Shown piece by piece: positions 36,380-48,809 of a stretch of 64,000 nucleotides of DNA; positions within the stretch are counted from its first letter, which is position 1; every line of letters begins with the position of its first letter. Source of the DNA: Camelus ferus (lineage: Eukaryota); NCBI RefSeq assembly GCF_009834535.1, contig NC_045697.1, forward strand, positions 40,054,001 through 40,118,000. Direction: 5' to 3'. Below the pieces are notes generated by a model that saw only the letters and a list, made by a program, of their open reading frames with translations, made no database searches and had not been told where the DNA came from. Position numbers and translations under genes: made by a program.

Positions 36380-38545
36380 AAAACTGCTTTATTGACATTT
36401 AGATACCATACATTTTAAGTGTACAATTCAGTGAATTTTAGAAAATTTATAGAGCAGTGTAAGCATTACTGATCCAATTTTAGAACCTTTCTATCACCTC
36501 AAAAAGCTCACAGCAGACCTATGCTTAGTGGGTGGATTGGAACACCTGCACCTCCTCCCTCTTATTTCCTGGCCTTCCAGCTGAGAAGAGTAGATGGTCA
36601 GGAGGCTGGTGTGTTAATGCCTTTGTAAAAATACCTGAGATCTCTGTTTCTGTAGAGTCTCTGAATATAGCTGTAGAACTTGTAATGAATGATAAAAATT
36701 AAGTGATTTTGTCCTTGAGGGGCCTGTGAGCTGACTCATTTTATGTACGATATCATAGTACATAATTGGTATTGAAGTGTGTTATGTTTTGAATTGGAAT
36801 GTTCGTAGGGTGTCAGAGGACAATTCTTCTGCTGTCTAGAGTTTTCACTGTATAATGATATCTTGTTGATTGGCAAGTTGCAGATGACTTTTTCTGTGGC
36901 CTTGGATGCCTACCAGAAGGGAGACATAAAATTCCCAACAAAATTGAGGGCACACTTGCTGGATACAATACTTGAAATTATGTAAGTGGGTTCACTACAC
37001 AGTATATAGTCAAAGAGCTGCTGTCTTTCACACACTTTCTTTGTTTCTGAGAGAACATTTGCAGCTCCCACAAAACTGCTGTGAACACTACACAGGACTT
37101 TTCCCCACCTGCTTTTGACAGATTGACTCCATGGGGTTTAAAATGCCCTTTTTTTTTTCTGGATCTGATAAGGTGACGATGTTCTTTTGAAAAAATACAG
37201 GTGAGACTTCTCTGGTGGACTAAGCAGGTATGGAACAGACCCTAGGGAAGAGGAGCAGACCTCACTGATAAAGTGATGACAAGGGACAGTCAATTACAGT
37301 GAAATGTACTGTTTCTACATAAGTTGGAGGGAAGTGATACAAAGGATGGGTTTGGGCAAAAGTCCAATGAGACTAGAGAGGCTTCTTCCTTGACTAGCAA
37401 ATGAGGTCGCCCTGCTAGTTGTGCAGGAGAGCTAGGAGCGATCACACAGTTCCCCATGGCTGCCCCTTTTGCTGAAACAGGAGAAGGACCAAGAGAACCA
37501 AAGTCCCCTTGCTGAGATCTGTGCAGTTTGGACTGTTGTTTACCTAATACATTCAGCATCATCTCCTACCTAGCCTTTCTCCTTTCAAGGAGAAGCCAGC
37601 CTAGGACAAGGGTTAAGGCTCCTCCTTTTCTAACTGGAACTGGAGGATTTATGCACTGGTCGAAGTGTGTTGGGAACTTGATTGCACTTAAAGTTGTCAA
37701 ACCTGTCAGTCCTTAGGGACAGTGGAGCACAAGTCAACATGGTTCCTGGAACCTCCTCCCCACTGGCATAGTCAAAAATTTATGTTGGGTGTGGAAACAA
37801 ATCTCTAATTGGACTATGGACTGATTCAAGTATACAGCTGGGCTCTTTTGAGCCAATTACACAAAATATTGTAACTGATAACTGCTGAATCACTATAGGA
37901 AGAGTTGTGTTAAGAAAAAATTCTTCTTGCCTATTTGCATTCATTCCTCTTTCCTACCTCAAGCACTAAACTACTTTCTGACTCTGTAGCTTTGCTTTCT
38001 CTGGGCACATCATTAAGTTGAATCTTACAGTCTTTCTGTCCTGCTTCTTTTGCTTAGCATATTTTTGAAGTTTGCCCATCATATAGCATGAATTATTAGT
38101 ATTTATTGCTGAACAGTATTGTTGAGCTGTATGGATATACCCATCTTTGTTTATCTACTCACCCAGTTGATGCACATTCATGCTGTTGCTAAGTTTTCGT
38201 TATTATGGATAATACCACATTTGCGTACAGGCCTTTGTGTGGATATCTGTTATTATTTCTCTTAGATTCCTGGGACTGAATTTCTTGAGTCATATGGTAA
38301 ATTTATGTTTAACTTTTATTTATTTATTCATTCATTCATTCTTTATTTATATTAAGGTATGGTTGATTTATGTTTAACTTTTAAAGAAACTGCCACACTA
38401 GTTTTCCAAAGTAATTGCACCACTTTACATTCCCACCAGCAATGTGTGAGGACTCCAGTTTCTTCAAATTCTCGTACCAACACTTGTTATTGTGTCTTTT
38501 TGATTATAGCCATTCTAGTGGTGTAAACTGGTATCTCATTATGAT
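36380..38545 (-). mobile_element. L1MB-type 3' end, split at ~36510-37914 by an inserted ERVL fragment
   Basis: ttttaagtgtacaattcagtgaatttt...ctatcacctcaaaaag at left; continues ttcttcttgcctatttgc... through ttacattcccaccagcaatgtgtgagg. Confidence 0.85.
36510..37914 (+). mobile_element. LTR-less decayed ERVL-class gag-pro fragment
   Basis: One frame near 37700-37900 reads LSVLRDSGAQVNMVPG...GCGNKSLIGLWTDSSIQLGSFEPITQNIVTDNC*ITIG (retropepsin D[ST]G motif and C-terminal IIG-like motif); WIQYLKLCKWVHY resembles ERVL capsid GIQRLREIGMLEWIYH. Confidence 0.65.
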
Positions 38546-38629
38546 ATAAGTAAGCAGGTATAAAATTAAGGGCTAAGTACTCTAACATATTTTGTAAGTA
38601 GTTATATGGTTTAATATAAAAATAATACC

Positions 38630-39700
38630 ATGAAGCCAAAAGCTAAGTTTATCACCACTAGACCTGCCTTACAACAAATGTTAAAAGGAGCACTTCTACC
38701 TGAAAAGGCAAAGGTACATGAAACTTTGGGTAAGGTGATAAATAGACAAAATCAGAAAATTGTAACTCTGTATCAGAGTAGGTTGTTAACACTTACTATA
38801 GTGTAAAGGTTAAGGGGGAAAAAAGCATTAAAAATAACTATAGCTACTTAATTTGGTGATGAACTCACAACATAAAAAAGGATAATTTGTGATAACAAAA
38901 ACATAAAAGGGGAAGAAGAAAAAGATGGAATCTGTATAGGCAAATGAAGGTAAGATGCTATCAGCTGAAAAGGATCCTTTTATCTATGAGACATTTTATA
39001 CAAAACTCATGGTAACTACAAAACAAAAATCTGGAGCAGAGACACAAAACATTAAAAAAAATAGGAAACTGAGAAAAATATCACTGAAGGCCACCAAAGT
39101 AAAATGGCAGACAAAAACAAGGAAAAAGAAACAATGGAGATATAGAGCAAGCAGAAAACAAAAGATAAAATGGCAGTAATAAGTGCTCATATATCAATAA
39201 TCACCCTAAATATAAATGGAATGAATTCACCAATCAAAAGACATAGAGTGGCTAGATGGATGAAAGAATGAGACCCAAATATATGCTGCCTCTATGAGAC
39301 TCATCTCAGCTCTAAAGACAAACATAGGCTCAGAGTGAAATGTTGGAAGATGACCCTACAAGCAAATGGCGGCCAAAAGAAAGCAGATGTAGTCATTCTC
39401 ACATCAGTCAAAATAGACTTCAAGCCAAAAATAGTAACAGGAGACAAAGATGGACATTATATAATGATCAATCATAGGGAGAGGAGTGGAGGGAGGGGCA
39501 AATAGGTGAAAGTGACTAAGAGGTGCAAACTACTGGGTATAAAATAAATAAAGTACAAGGATGTAATGTACAGCACAGGGAATATCATCAGTATTTTATA
39601 ATAACTTTGTATGGAGCATAATCTCTAAAAATATCAAATTACCATGTCAAACATCTGAAACTAATATAATATTGTAAGTTGACTATACTTCAAGAAAAAT
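38630..39700 (+). mobile_element. L1 with ORF1 end and EN start joined directly to a 3'UTR
   Basis: EN start atatcaataatcaccctaaatataaatggaatgaattcaccaatcaaaagac; after ggacattatataatgat (~39468) it jumps to 3'UTR gggcaaataggtgaaagtgactaagaggtgcaaact. Confidence 0.8.
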
Positions 39701-39799
39701 GTTTTTAAAAATATATAGGAACTATCTATGTACTATTACTTCCTTAATGTCTAAAAGGACCAAATAAAATAAATCATTTTATAATTAAAAAAAACCCAA

Positions 39800-41545
39800 A
39801 ATATTGCAGTACTAGCATAAGAATCAACATATAGACCAATGGAAATGGACTACAGATCCCAGGAATAAACACTTGTATATATGGTCAATTGATTTTCAGA
39901 AAAAGTACCAAGATCATTCAATGGGAAAAGGACAGTCTTTTCAAGAAATGATATTGGGTCCCTGCTTTCAAACTATACTGTAAAGCTATAATAATCAAAT
40001 CAGCATGGTACTGGCTAGAAAACAAACACATGGATTAGTGGAAAAGAATAGAGAGCCCAGAAATAAACCCAGAAATAAATATAGTCACTTTTAATCTATA
40101 TTAAAGGGGTCAAGAATATACAATGAAGAAAAGACAGTCTCTTCAATAACTGGTGTTGGGAAAACTGGACAGCTACATGCAAAAGAATTAATCTGGACTC
40201 CTTACTCATCCCACATACAAAAATAAACTCAAAATAGATTAAAGAGTTTAAATTTAAGACCTGAAACTATAAAACTCCTAGAAGAAAATAGACGATATAC
40301 CCTTTGACATCAGTCTTAACGATATTTTTTTGGATCTGTCTCCTCAGGCTTGGGAGACAAAAGTAAAAATAAACAAATGAGACCACATCAAACTAAAAAG
40401 CTTTTGCATAACAAAATCTCAACAAAATGAAAACCCTGATTAAAAATGGGCAGAGAACCGAATAGACTTTAAAAAAAAAAAGACGTACAAATGGCCAACA
40501 GATGAGGAATGTAAATCAAAATCACAATGAGATACTATCTGTCAGAATGGCTATCATCAAAAAGACAAGTAATAAGTATTGACGAGGCTGTGGAGGAAAG
40601 GGAACCCTTGTGCACTGTTAGTGTCAATGTAAATTAATGTGGGCGCTATGGAAAACAATATGGAAGTTCCTCAAAAATTAAAAATAGAATTACCAGAGGA
40701 TTCAGTAATTCCACTTATAGGTATTTACCTGAAGAAAATAAAAACACTAATCTGAAAAGATGTATGCACACCAATGTTCACAGCGGCATTATTTACAGTA
40801 GCGAAGATATGGAAGCAACCTAAGTGTTCATCGATAGATGATTAGATAAAGAAGATGTGGAATATATATATACAGGGAACTATTACTCAGCCACAAAAAA
40901 AGAAATCTTGTCATTTGCAACAACATCAATGAATTGAGAGGGTATTAGGCTAAATGAAATAAATCAGACAGAGATAGACAAATACTGTATATCTCTCTTA
41001 CATGTGGAATCTAAAAAAAAAAACAAACAAAACAATGAAAAAGTACTCATAGAGAACAAAGGAGTGGTTGGCAGAGGCGGGGGTAGAAATAGGTGAAGGG
41101 GATTAAGAGGTTACAAACCTCCAGTTACAAAATAAATAAGCCACAGGGATGTAGTATACACATAAGGAGTATGGTCAATAATATTGTAGTTACTTTGTAT
41201 GGGGACAGATGGTTACTAGGCTTATAGTGGTGATCATTTCATAATGTATGCAAATGTCAAATCACTATGTAGTACACCTGAAACTAACATAATATTGTAT
41301 ATCAACTATATTTAAATTTAAAGAAATAAAATTTTTTAAAACATAAAAAACATGTTGGTGTTGGGAAAACTGTATACTTACATGTAAAAGAATGATTTTA
41401 GAAACCTTTATTTACACCATAGACAGAAAACTAACTCAAAATGGATAAAAGGCCTAAACCTGAGAGGTAAAATTATGAAAGTCTTAGAAAGAAATGTAGG
41501 GAGAAAGCAGTATGACAATGGATTTGCAATGATTTCTTTGATACG
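39800..41545 (+). mobile_element. Old L1 ORF2 fragment (39800-39958 and 41351-41545) interrupted by an L1MA9-like 3' portion (39959-41350)
   Basis: Host breaks at cagtcttttcaagaaatgatattggg and resumes ggtgttgggaaaactgtatacttacatgtaaaagaatga; the insert has an ORF2 end and the same 3'UTR type as 26467-26801. Confidence 0.8.
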
Positions 41546-41589
41546 GCACTGTTGCTTCTTTTACGGTGTGCTTCCCCTCCTTCGCTATG

Positions 41590-41672
41590 ACCACTGCGTG
41601 CCAACAGCAACCCTCAGACATTTTCAAACATCCTCTTTGGGGAGGCATGTATTGCCCTTACTTGAAACCACT
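41590..41672 (-). mobile_element. MER20-like fragment
   Basis: cagacattttcaaacatcctctttggggaggcatgtattgcccttacttgaaaccact. Confidence 0.4.
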
Positions 41673-42614
41673 ACGAAATTGAAAAAAAGTTTTTGTGTGA
41701 TGTTTACAGCATATTTTCAGAGATGGGAGACAAAAACATCATCTAGTAGGGTATCTTTTCTGACCACTATCCTTAACATAGAAAGTTAGATTGGCTAATT
41801 AACACTTTGGGAATGTCACTTACTTAAAATTTCTCTCTTTTTTTTCCCCATAAGAATAATACTTCTCATTTCAAATGATTGAGACTGTGCAGAAATTCTT
41901 AAAAAGTGGATAATAATAATAATTCACATTTGTGCTTCATGTTTGGCAAAAATAAACCTCTCTGATTTAATTTGAGGCCATAATAAATATGTGGAGGTTG
42001 CCCACATGGGTGTTAGTTTCCATTTAAAAGGTGTCAATTGGTTTCCTGCTATGAAAGATGAGAATGACTCACATTTCTTTCTACCTCCTTTCAACACCCG
42101 CCTTAGTTTTTATTATTTGTAATTTTTTATGTTTATAATATTTACATTATGTTTATAAACATAATTTCCACAGTATTATTTTCTATATAAATGTATTAAT
42201 GCATATTGCCAATCTTTTTACTTACTTCTTCCTACAGTTCTTTATTTTTCTCTCTGTTAATTAGCTGGAGTTTATTGTTAAGTGGTTTTTTTTTCTACCT
42301 AGTGTTCATAGAGGTTATCTGTTCTGATTTCTTTCATGGTCAAGGATATTTGCCGTTACTTGGCACAGATGATGAGGCCCATAGAGAAATACTGTGACTC
42401 CAAGGAAATTAGGTATAGGATAAGTATATTTCATTATTAGGGAAGGTGTGACATTTAAAATTAAATTTAGTTTAAACTTTGTAGAGTACTCTTTGATTTA
42501 CTTATTATAAGTGTCCCATAAAAAGGAAGTAAACAGCTTAAATTGATAGTTTGTGAAAGATGACATATGAGATAAATATGAAAATTAATTATCAAGATAG
42601 AATCTATATCTTTG

Positions 42615-42825
42615 GACATAGAAAATATTTATGAAATACATATAAAAATATTTGTGAGTAAAATTATTTGCTCTCTGAAATTTGTTTCAAAATGATCTGT
42701 GGGCAAGGGGGATAAAAGGGGGAGTATCAGTGAAACAAAGATTGGCCACTCACTGATCAGCACAGAGGTGTTCTTCATACTGTTCTTTCTGCTTATGTTT
42801 GGAAATTCCCATAATAACAAGAGAA
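42615..42825 (+). mobile_element. Old L1 (L1ME/L1MC4-like) 3' tail
   Basis: gaaatttgtttcaaaatgatc...tgaaacaaagattggccact...ttatgtttggaaattcccataataa. Confidence 0.65.
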
Positions 42826-42849
42826 AGTGAAGAAAATGACAGGCGTATT

Positions 42850-43925
42850 TGAGGACTTCTGTTTTCATCAGTATTGCAACATTAGAGACCCTGAAACTAC
42901 CCAGCTACATAATATCTAAATATGCTTGATAAAATATTAAAACCACTCTTAAATGATTGATGAGTCCACTAAGATCCGAATGGAGTAGAGGCTAGGCAGG
43001 AAAACTTAAGTTTTAAAGCCGGAAACCCTGAGGCCTACAGTCATCTTTATTGAGACTCTGAACTGCATTGCACAAAGGGGACAGGGACAAAGCCTGAAGT
43101 CACATAAAATGGAAGCGTAATGCCTGGACCCAGGAGAGAAGCACCCTCAGGAAGGGTGAACTTGAAAGGAAACCCACCCTGCCAAGGTGGACCATAAGAA
43201 CACATTTCTGTCTTGGGCTGGGCTATGAATGGACATTTAAAAAAAGGAGTTAAGAAAAAGCCTCCCCTGAGAACTTGTAGCCACTGGCCAGATCTCATGT
43301 AGTTTGGGACCCAGTCCACATTCTTTGCATGATCCAAAAACACAAGCCTATAATTTAAAGGGTATCAGGATAGGTAATATTCCCAGGTATCTAGGAGAAG
43401 CAAAAACAGACTTTCCCAGGGGAGCATACCCTCAGCCAGGCCTTAAAGAATTCGCAGAGACAACCAACAAGAAACTTACAGTAAAAAGTTATAAAACAGA
43501 AATCAAGCAAGTCAGAGATAACAGAATCAGAACCACAGAGAGCTTAGGTTTTATAACTAATTATCAAAATTTAAAAAATAATTCTACTTGAAATATTTTC
43601 AGATGTAAAAATGGGCATTGAAAACAGGAGTGAGAATAAGAGACTCTCATGATGAGGCCAATTTGAAGAACAAAATACTACTTTTACAAATAAAAAAAAA
43701 CTTACTGAAATTAAGAATTCAAATGGATAGAAGGTTAAATGAAAGATTAATATAATTGTGTAGAGAATGAGTGACCCAGAAGATGTATGTATCTGAGGAA
43801 ACTATCCAAGGTCTAGCCATAGGGAGGTAAAGCTGTGGGAATATGTAAGGAGGATTAAGAGGCATGGTGGAGCAGGAAGAAGGCCTGTCAAACTGTATGT
43901 GTGTCTTCCTGTTTCCTACAGATGG
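42850..43925 (+). mobile_element. HAL1/old L1 5' region with ORF1 remnants
   Basis: gaggacttctgttttc...aatatctaaatatgcttgataaaata 5' end; ORF1-like ttactgaaattaagaattcaaatggatagaaggttaaat. Confidence 0.6.
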
Positions 43926-44489
43926 AGCAGCCCGTTGGCTGCATCCCTCACCAAAACTTAGCAGCACTTTTATTTTTTTAATTAAAAAAATTTTACAATT
44001 AACATGGTTTATTTCATTATCAGTCTTACAAATGGCTGAAGTTGGGCATGCCCAGGATTGTAGCTTGAATGTCACACTTTTGTTAGAAACAATCTAATTT
44101 GGGAAGCCGTGTTACTGAGCAGAGAGCAGTGGAAATGCAGGGTTATCCAGCAATGTTAGAGACTGTTCCAGAGGCAGCAGGTGAGACCAGGTACTTCACA
44201 GCCAGAGGTCCACTCCAGGGGCTCTCGTCCACTGCCCACCTTCAAGGAAGCCCAGAAGCCTCTAGGGGCACCAGGGAGGCACAATGGGCTGGAGGAGCTT
44301 CACGGCCCATGTGCTGTGTCTCTGCCTCAGCATGGCCATCCACACCACACAGCCACACATCCCTACGCAGAGTGGGGCAGCACTGTCTCCCACTACCTCC
44401 ACCCTTTTATAAGGGGGCAGCCCCATCCCTGCCCTGGATTTCAGAGAGTCTGGCTCCAGTCCCCAGCTTCATGTAGTTTGAGCTCCCTT

Positions 44490-44617
44490 TGAGGCAGGAA
44501 GGAAAGGGGCAGGACATAATTAAAGGGATGACACAGCAATTAACACCAAAGTGGCAGAAAATTCAACTCCCAGTAGGCCTTGAGACCCAGGATGGCAGGA
44601 GATTGGACTTCCAGTAG
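44490..44617 (+). mobile_element. Truncated ERV1 LTR (same family as 47996-48607, opposite strand)
   Basis: tgaggcaggaaggaaaggggcaggac..acagcaattaacaccaaagtggcagaaaattcaactcccagtaggccttga aligns to the reverse complement of 48481-48607. Confidence 0.8.
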
Positions 44618-44629
44618 TAGAGTGTGAGG

Positions 44630-44703
44630 GAAGGGACATAAAGGCACTTAGAACACTGCCTGGCAAGTAGCAAATACTCAAGAAATATTCGCCGTTATTA
44701 TTA
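44630..44703 (+). mobile_element. MIR 3' fragment
   Basis: aaggcacttagaacactgcctggcaagtagcaaatactcaagaaatatt...ttattatt. Confidence 0.7.
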
Positions 44704-45399
44704 GCTTTGGATAAAAATTATGTTTTCCAAATATACAGTAATTAATTTTTATCTTTATTCAACCTTGTGACATAGATATTATCACCCTTAATTTGAGGTA
44801 GGAAATTGAGGCACCAAAGGGTCAAATAACAAAAACTATAGAGGTGAGAGGAATGTTGGGTACATCTACATTGGCTTACAGCTTTGTTACACATAGAATA
44901 ATTAATGTGTGTTTCTTGGTCTAATATGAGCAATGACATAGGGAAGACTAAAATGTAACTGAGGGTGTAGCTATAAGTTTTTGGCTTTGTTGACATCATC
45001 TATTATAATATAGAGCGTGACAGCCAGATGAGAAAAAATTCTAAGGCATTATATAAAGAATCATGTGTCATTTAATGCTCATTACACTTTAGCTTCAGCT
45101 GACCCCACAAATGAACTCTTATCTCTACAGGCAATAAAATGTTAATAGTAGTCAGTAATGTATCTTATGAAAGAGGTGAAGCCCTTCTTCCATTTTTACA
45201 TAGCAGATTCATGTAAGGGTGGATAAGCCCCGGAATTAAATAAGGTAAACTCACTTTTATTACTTGGTCGATAAATATTTATCGAGAGTCTGTTGTGTTC
45301 AAGGCCCTGAGCGAGGCAACATTAAGGAAATACACGGGAGGTAAAAGACATACTTTCTAGCAACATAATTCCCATTAATGACACCACAAGGTGTTCAGC

Positions 45400-45740
45400 T
45401 TCTCAGTTTTCAGATCTTAAAGTCCGCTCTGGCTTCTTTGTCTCTCACGTTCAATGTTCTATCCATTACCAAGACTGTAAATTCTTCCTTTACCATGTTT
45501 CCTTCATGTCCCTTCCCTCACAAATTTTTTCCACCATTGCTCTAGTTCAGTCTTCATTATTTTCATTTTGAGATTTCCTACATCCCCCCATCCATTCTTT
45601 ACGTGAACAAATTAATCTCTCTAAAACACAGCTTTGATAATGTCATCCCAACACTAACCTTTCAGTGATTTCTCACTCTCAGGGTATGTCTAAACACCTT
45701 GATTTGGCCTTTGAGTCCTCCACAATTTGACCCTAGAAGG
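45400..45740 (+). mobile_element. L2 fragment
   Basis: atccattaccaagactgtaaattcttcc...ctctaaaacacagctttgataatgtcatccc. Confidence 0.55.
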
Positions 45741-45929
45741 TTTTCTCACATTTCTGTTAGTATGTTATCAAGAATACAGGCTTTGAGCTGCTTCTTGGTG
45801 GAGAGGGTCCATGAACAAATGTTGTATACATGTTTTGCAATGATGAAACCTACTTAATCAACTTGTTTTAATCTAGTATCTTCCCATCTTTCTTTTCCAT
45901 GTAACACATGTCCATAAAGTCCTTTGTTT

Positions 45930-46375
45930 AAGTAAAGTTATAGATTGCAGTATAACATACATATGGAAAAAGTAAAGAAAATCTAAGTAAACAATTTGAT
46001 GGATATTTACAAAGTGAACACACCCGTATATCTGCCACCCAGACCTACATATATTTGTTTATTGTCAGTATCCCAGAAGTCTCCCTTATGCTCCACCCCT
46101 GTCATTGTCCCTTCCAAAGGTCACTACTCTTCTGACTTCTATCACTATACATGAGTTTTGTCTGGTTTTTTTTCTGTCTTGTTTGTTTTTATTGAGATAT
46201 AGTTGACATAGAACAAACACACATACATACACACACATATATTTATATATATATTTGATCTGGGTGACAGATATACAAATGTGTTTATTTTGTAAATATA
46301 CATCAGGCAGTTTACTTAGATTTTCTGTACTTCTTCTATGTATGTATTATACCTCAATTAAAAAGTTTACTCAAA
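45930..46375. mobile_element. Old L1M 3'-end fragments (minus ~45930-46210; plus ~46255-46375)
   Basis: acaaagtgaacacacccgtatatctgccacccagac..ctcttctgacttctatcact; gatctgggtgacagatatac..tatacctcaattaaaaagtt. Confidence 0.6.
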
Positions 46376-46894
46376 CAAAAGACTTTATGGATGTGTGACA
46401 TTTAGTTTGGTAGACTCAACATTTAACTTTGCAGTCTGTTTTGCAGGGACAAATGTTACATCCTCTGCCCCACTTAATGAGTCTGCAGAATAATTATCAG
46501 TACCTAATTATATACATTCTTCCCCTGCTATGTCGTTTTTTAGAGCTTGACTGCCTCTGTGAACTTTATAACCAAACGAATTCTTTATTTGGTGTCTTGC
46601 CTGCTATAGAAAGAAAATTATATGAATCAAGGTGGTCTGGCTCCACATCTGGCCTCAACCACCTCCACCACCCCTGCCACAGACACACGCACACACATAC
46701 ACACATTATCTGTCTCTCTCTGTATTAATGCCAGCTTCTCTTCTTTTCTCTGTATCTATAAAAGACTCTGACAGCTGGTTTTCAGTATCTCTCTTCTCTC
46801 CAAGGTGGTCACTGCCTTGGCAGAGTCTGTGTTTATGTAGATGATCAACCCATCACCCTATCCTTCTGTGTTCTTTGATCTTCTCAACTTAACA

Positions 46895-47511
46895 TTCAGA
46901 TTCTAAACATCCCCTTGTTCCTCAGAGCCCAAGATTTCAGTTCATCCACTGATTATTTAACCAAACACTAGTCTAGGTACTGCTTTGAGGAACTTTACAG
47001 TTGTAATGAAAGTCCTAAATGAGTTCACTCCAAAATAGTGAGATTATTGAGATGAACCTGATGTAATCACACTTTGAACAGAGGAAGGGGAAGTCGGAGA
47101 GATTTGAAGTTTGAGAAGGACCTGCTTTGAAGGAATCCCAGAGAAGGAATGTGGGCAGCCTTCAGGAGCTGGTTGGCCATCAGCCTCAGTCCTAAACTGC
47201 AAAGACCTCAGTCCTAAAACTGCAAGGAACTGGATTCTGCTAACAACGTGTCCTTGGAAACAGATTCTTCAGATAAGAGCCTTCAGATAAGAGCCCAACT
47301 GGCTGATACTTTGATTTGGCGCCGTGATACCCAGAGCAGAGCCTAGCCCACCTAGATTCCTGACCTCCAGAATTGTGAAATAAGAAATGAGTTTGATACA
47401 ACATTGTAAACTGACTATACTTAAATAGAAAAAAAAAAAAAAAGAAATCAGTATTGTTTTAAGATGCTAAATTGATGGAAAGTTTTCACTCAGCAATAGA
47501 AGACAAATATA
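46895..47511 (+). mobile_element. MLT1E-type MaLR LTR
   Basis: caaacactagtctaggtactgctttgagg...aactgcaaggaactggattctgctaacaac...cagcaatagaagacaaatat. Confidence 0.85.
47393..47441 (+). mobile_element. 49-bp L1 3'-tip insertion with poly(A) and TSD
   Basis: ttgatacaacattgtaaactgactatacttaaatag plus A run; TSD aagaaatgagt (47382-47392) / aagaaatcagt (47442-47452). Confidence 0.8.
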
Positions 47512-47995
47512 CCTTCTTTCCATTTCCATGATCCTACTGTCACATTCAAACCATGGGACCTTGTCAAAACCTGGAATGCCAATATTAAATGCCAGTTTCT
47601 TGTTCAGTAACTTCATGCTCCTGTTTCAGCTTTTCAGCCTCCAAGTGACTGACCCCTCTAAGCCCCCCTTCTACCTGTCTCTTCCTGGCTTCACTTTCCT
47701 GTGATGAATCACTTCACCTACTTATCTCTTGCTCCATTTTTCTATTGCTTTACCTACCCAGCAAAACCACATCCTAGAATTTATTCATCCTTCTAACCTT
47801 CTCTATCGTCACTTCTTTGTGTTTGGGAAAACCATGCCCATTTGTGGCTTTGATGCCATCACATTTATAGAATCCAATCTTAGGGGTCCTTGGTGTTGCC
47901 ATGCAATGTCTTTCTCTCTAGGTCCCTTATTAGAGTTAGAGGAAAAGCTTTTCCTCTACCAATTTAGGTGCAGGAAAAACAGATGTGGGGCATAA

Positions 47996-48607
47996 TGAGG
48001 GCTGTGTCCCAGGTCTCAGTGAAGCCCCTGGGATGTGCCCTGCCAGATATGGGTCCTTGGCTTCGCACAGGAAAGGATTCAAGAGCGAGCCACAGTTGAG
48101 TAAAGGTAGATTTATTTAGAGAGATACATACCACATAGAGTGTAAGGCAAGAGAAAGGCCATGAGGTGTGGGGGTTGGGTGCTCAGGTTAAAGTAAAAGT
48201 AGGTACACACTCCATAGACAGAGTGCGGGCCATCTCCAAAGAGATGAGGCGGCCACGAGGTGTGGTGTTGCCAGTTTTTATGGGCTCAGTAGCTTCACAT
48301 GCCTACAAATGGGAAGACTATTCCAACTACCCTTGGGAAAGGGGCAGGGATTCCCAGGAACTGGGCCACGGCCCACTCTTTGACCTTTCGTGGCTAGCCT
48401 TGTGACTGTCATGGTGCCTGTAGGCATGGTATTTATCATGCTAATATGTTAAGATGAGTATATAATGAAGCTCAAGGTCTACTAGAAGTCAAACCTCCAG
48501 CCATCTCAATCTTCAAGGCCTAGTGGGAGTTGAATCTTCTACCATTTTGGTGTTAATTGCTGTCATTCCTTGAATAACTGTGCCCTGCTCCCTTCACTTC
48601 TGTCTCA
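47996..48607 (-). mobile_element. ERV1 solo LTR (~610 bp), relatively well preserved
   Basis: TG...CA termini; gggtccttggcttcgcacaggaaaggattcaagagcgagcc..agatttattt (AATAAA on minus); CpGs partly retained. Confidence 0.85.
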
Positions 48608-48809
48608 ATTATACCAGGTAACCACTTTCCTTTCTTATGGCTTGTCCTCTTGGCATGCACACATATTCTGGCTTGTCTAATTTAAACCAAATAAGAAATA
48701 TTTTCTCTGAACCCCAAGATAGCCTTTAGGTATACTCCTTCCTGGAGACCTTTGGTAAGAATTGTCTGTACTATGTTTCCATTCCTTCATTTACTCGTCA
48801 GTGCTCGTA

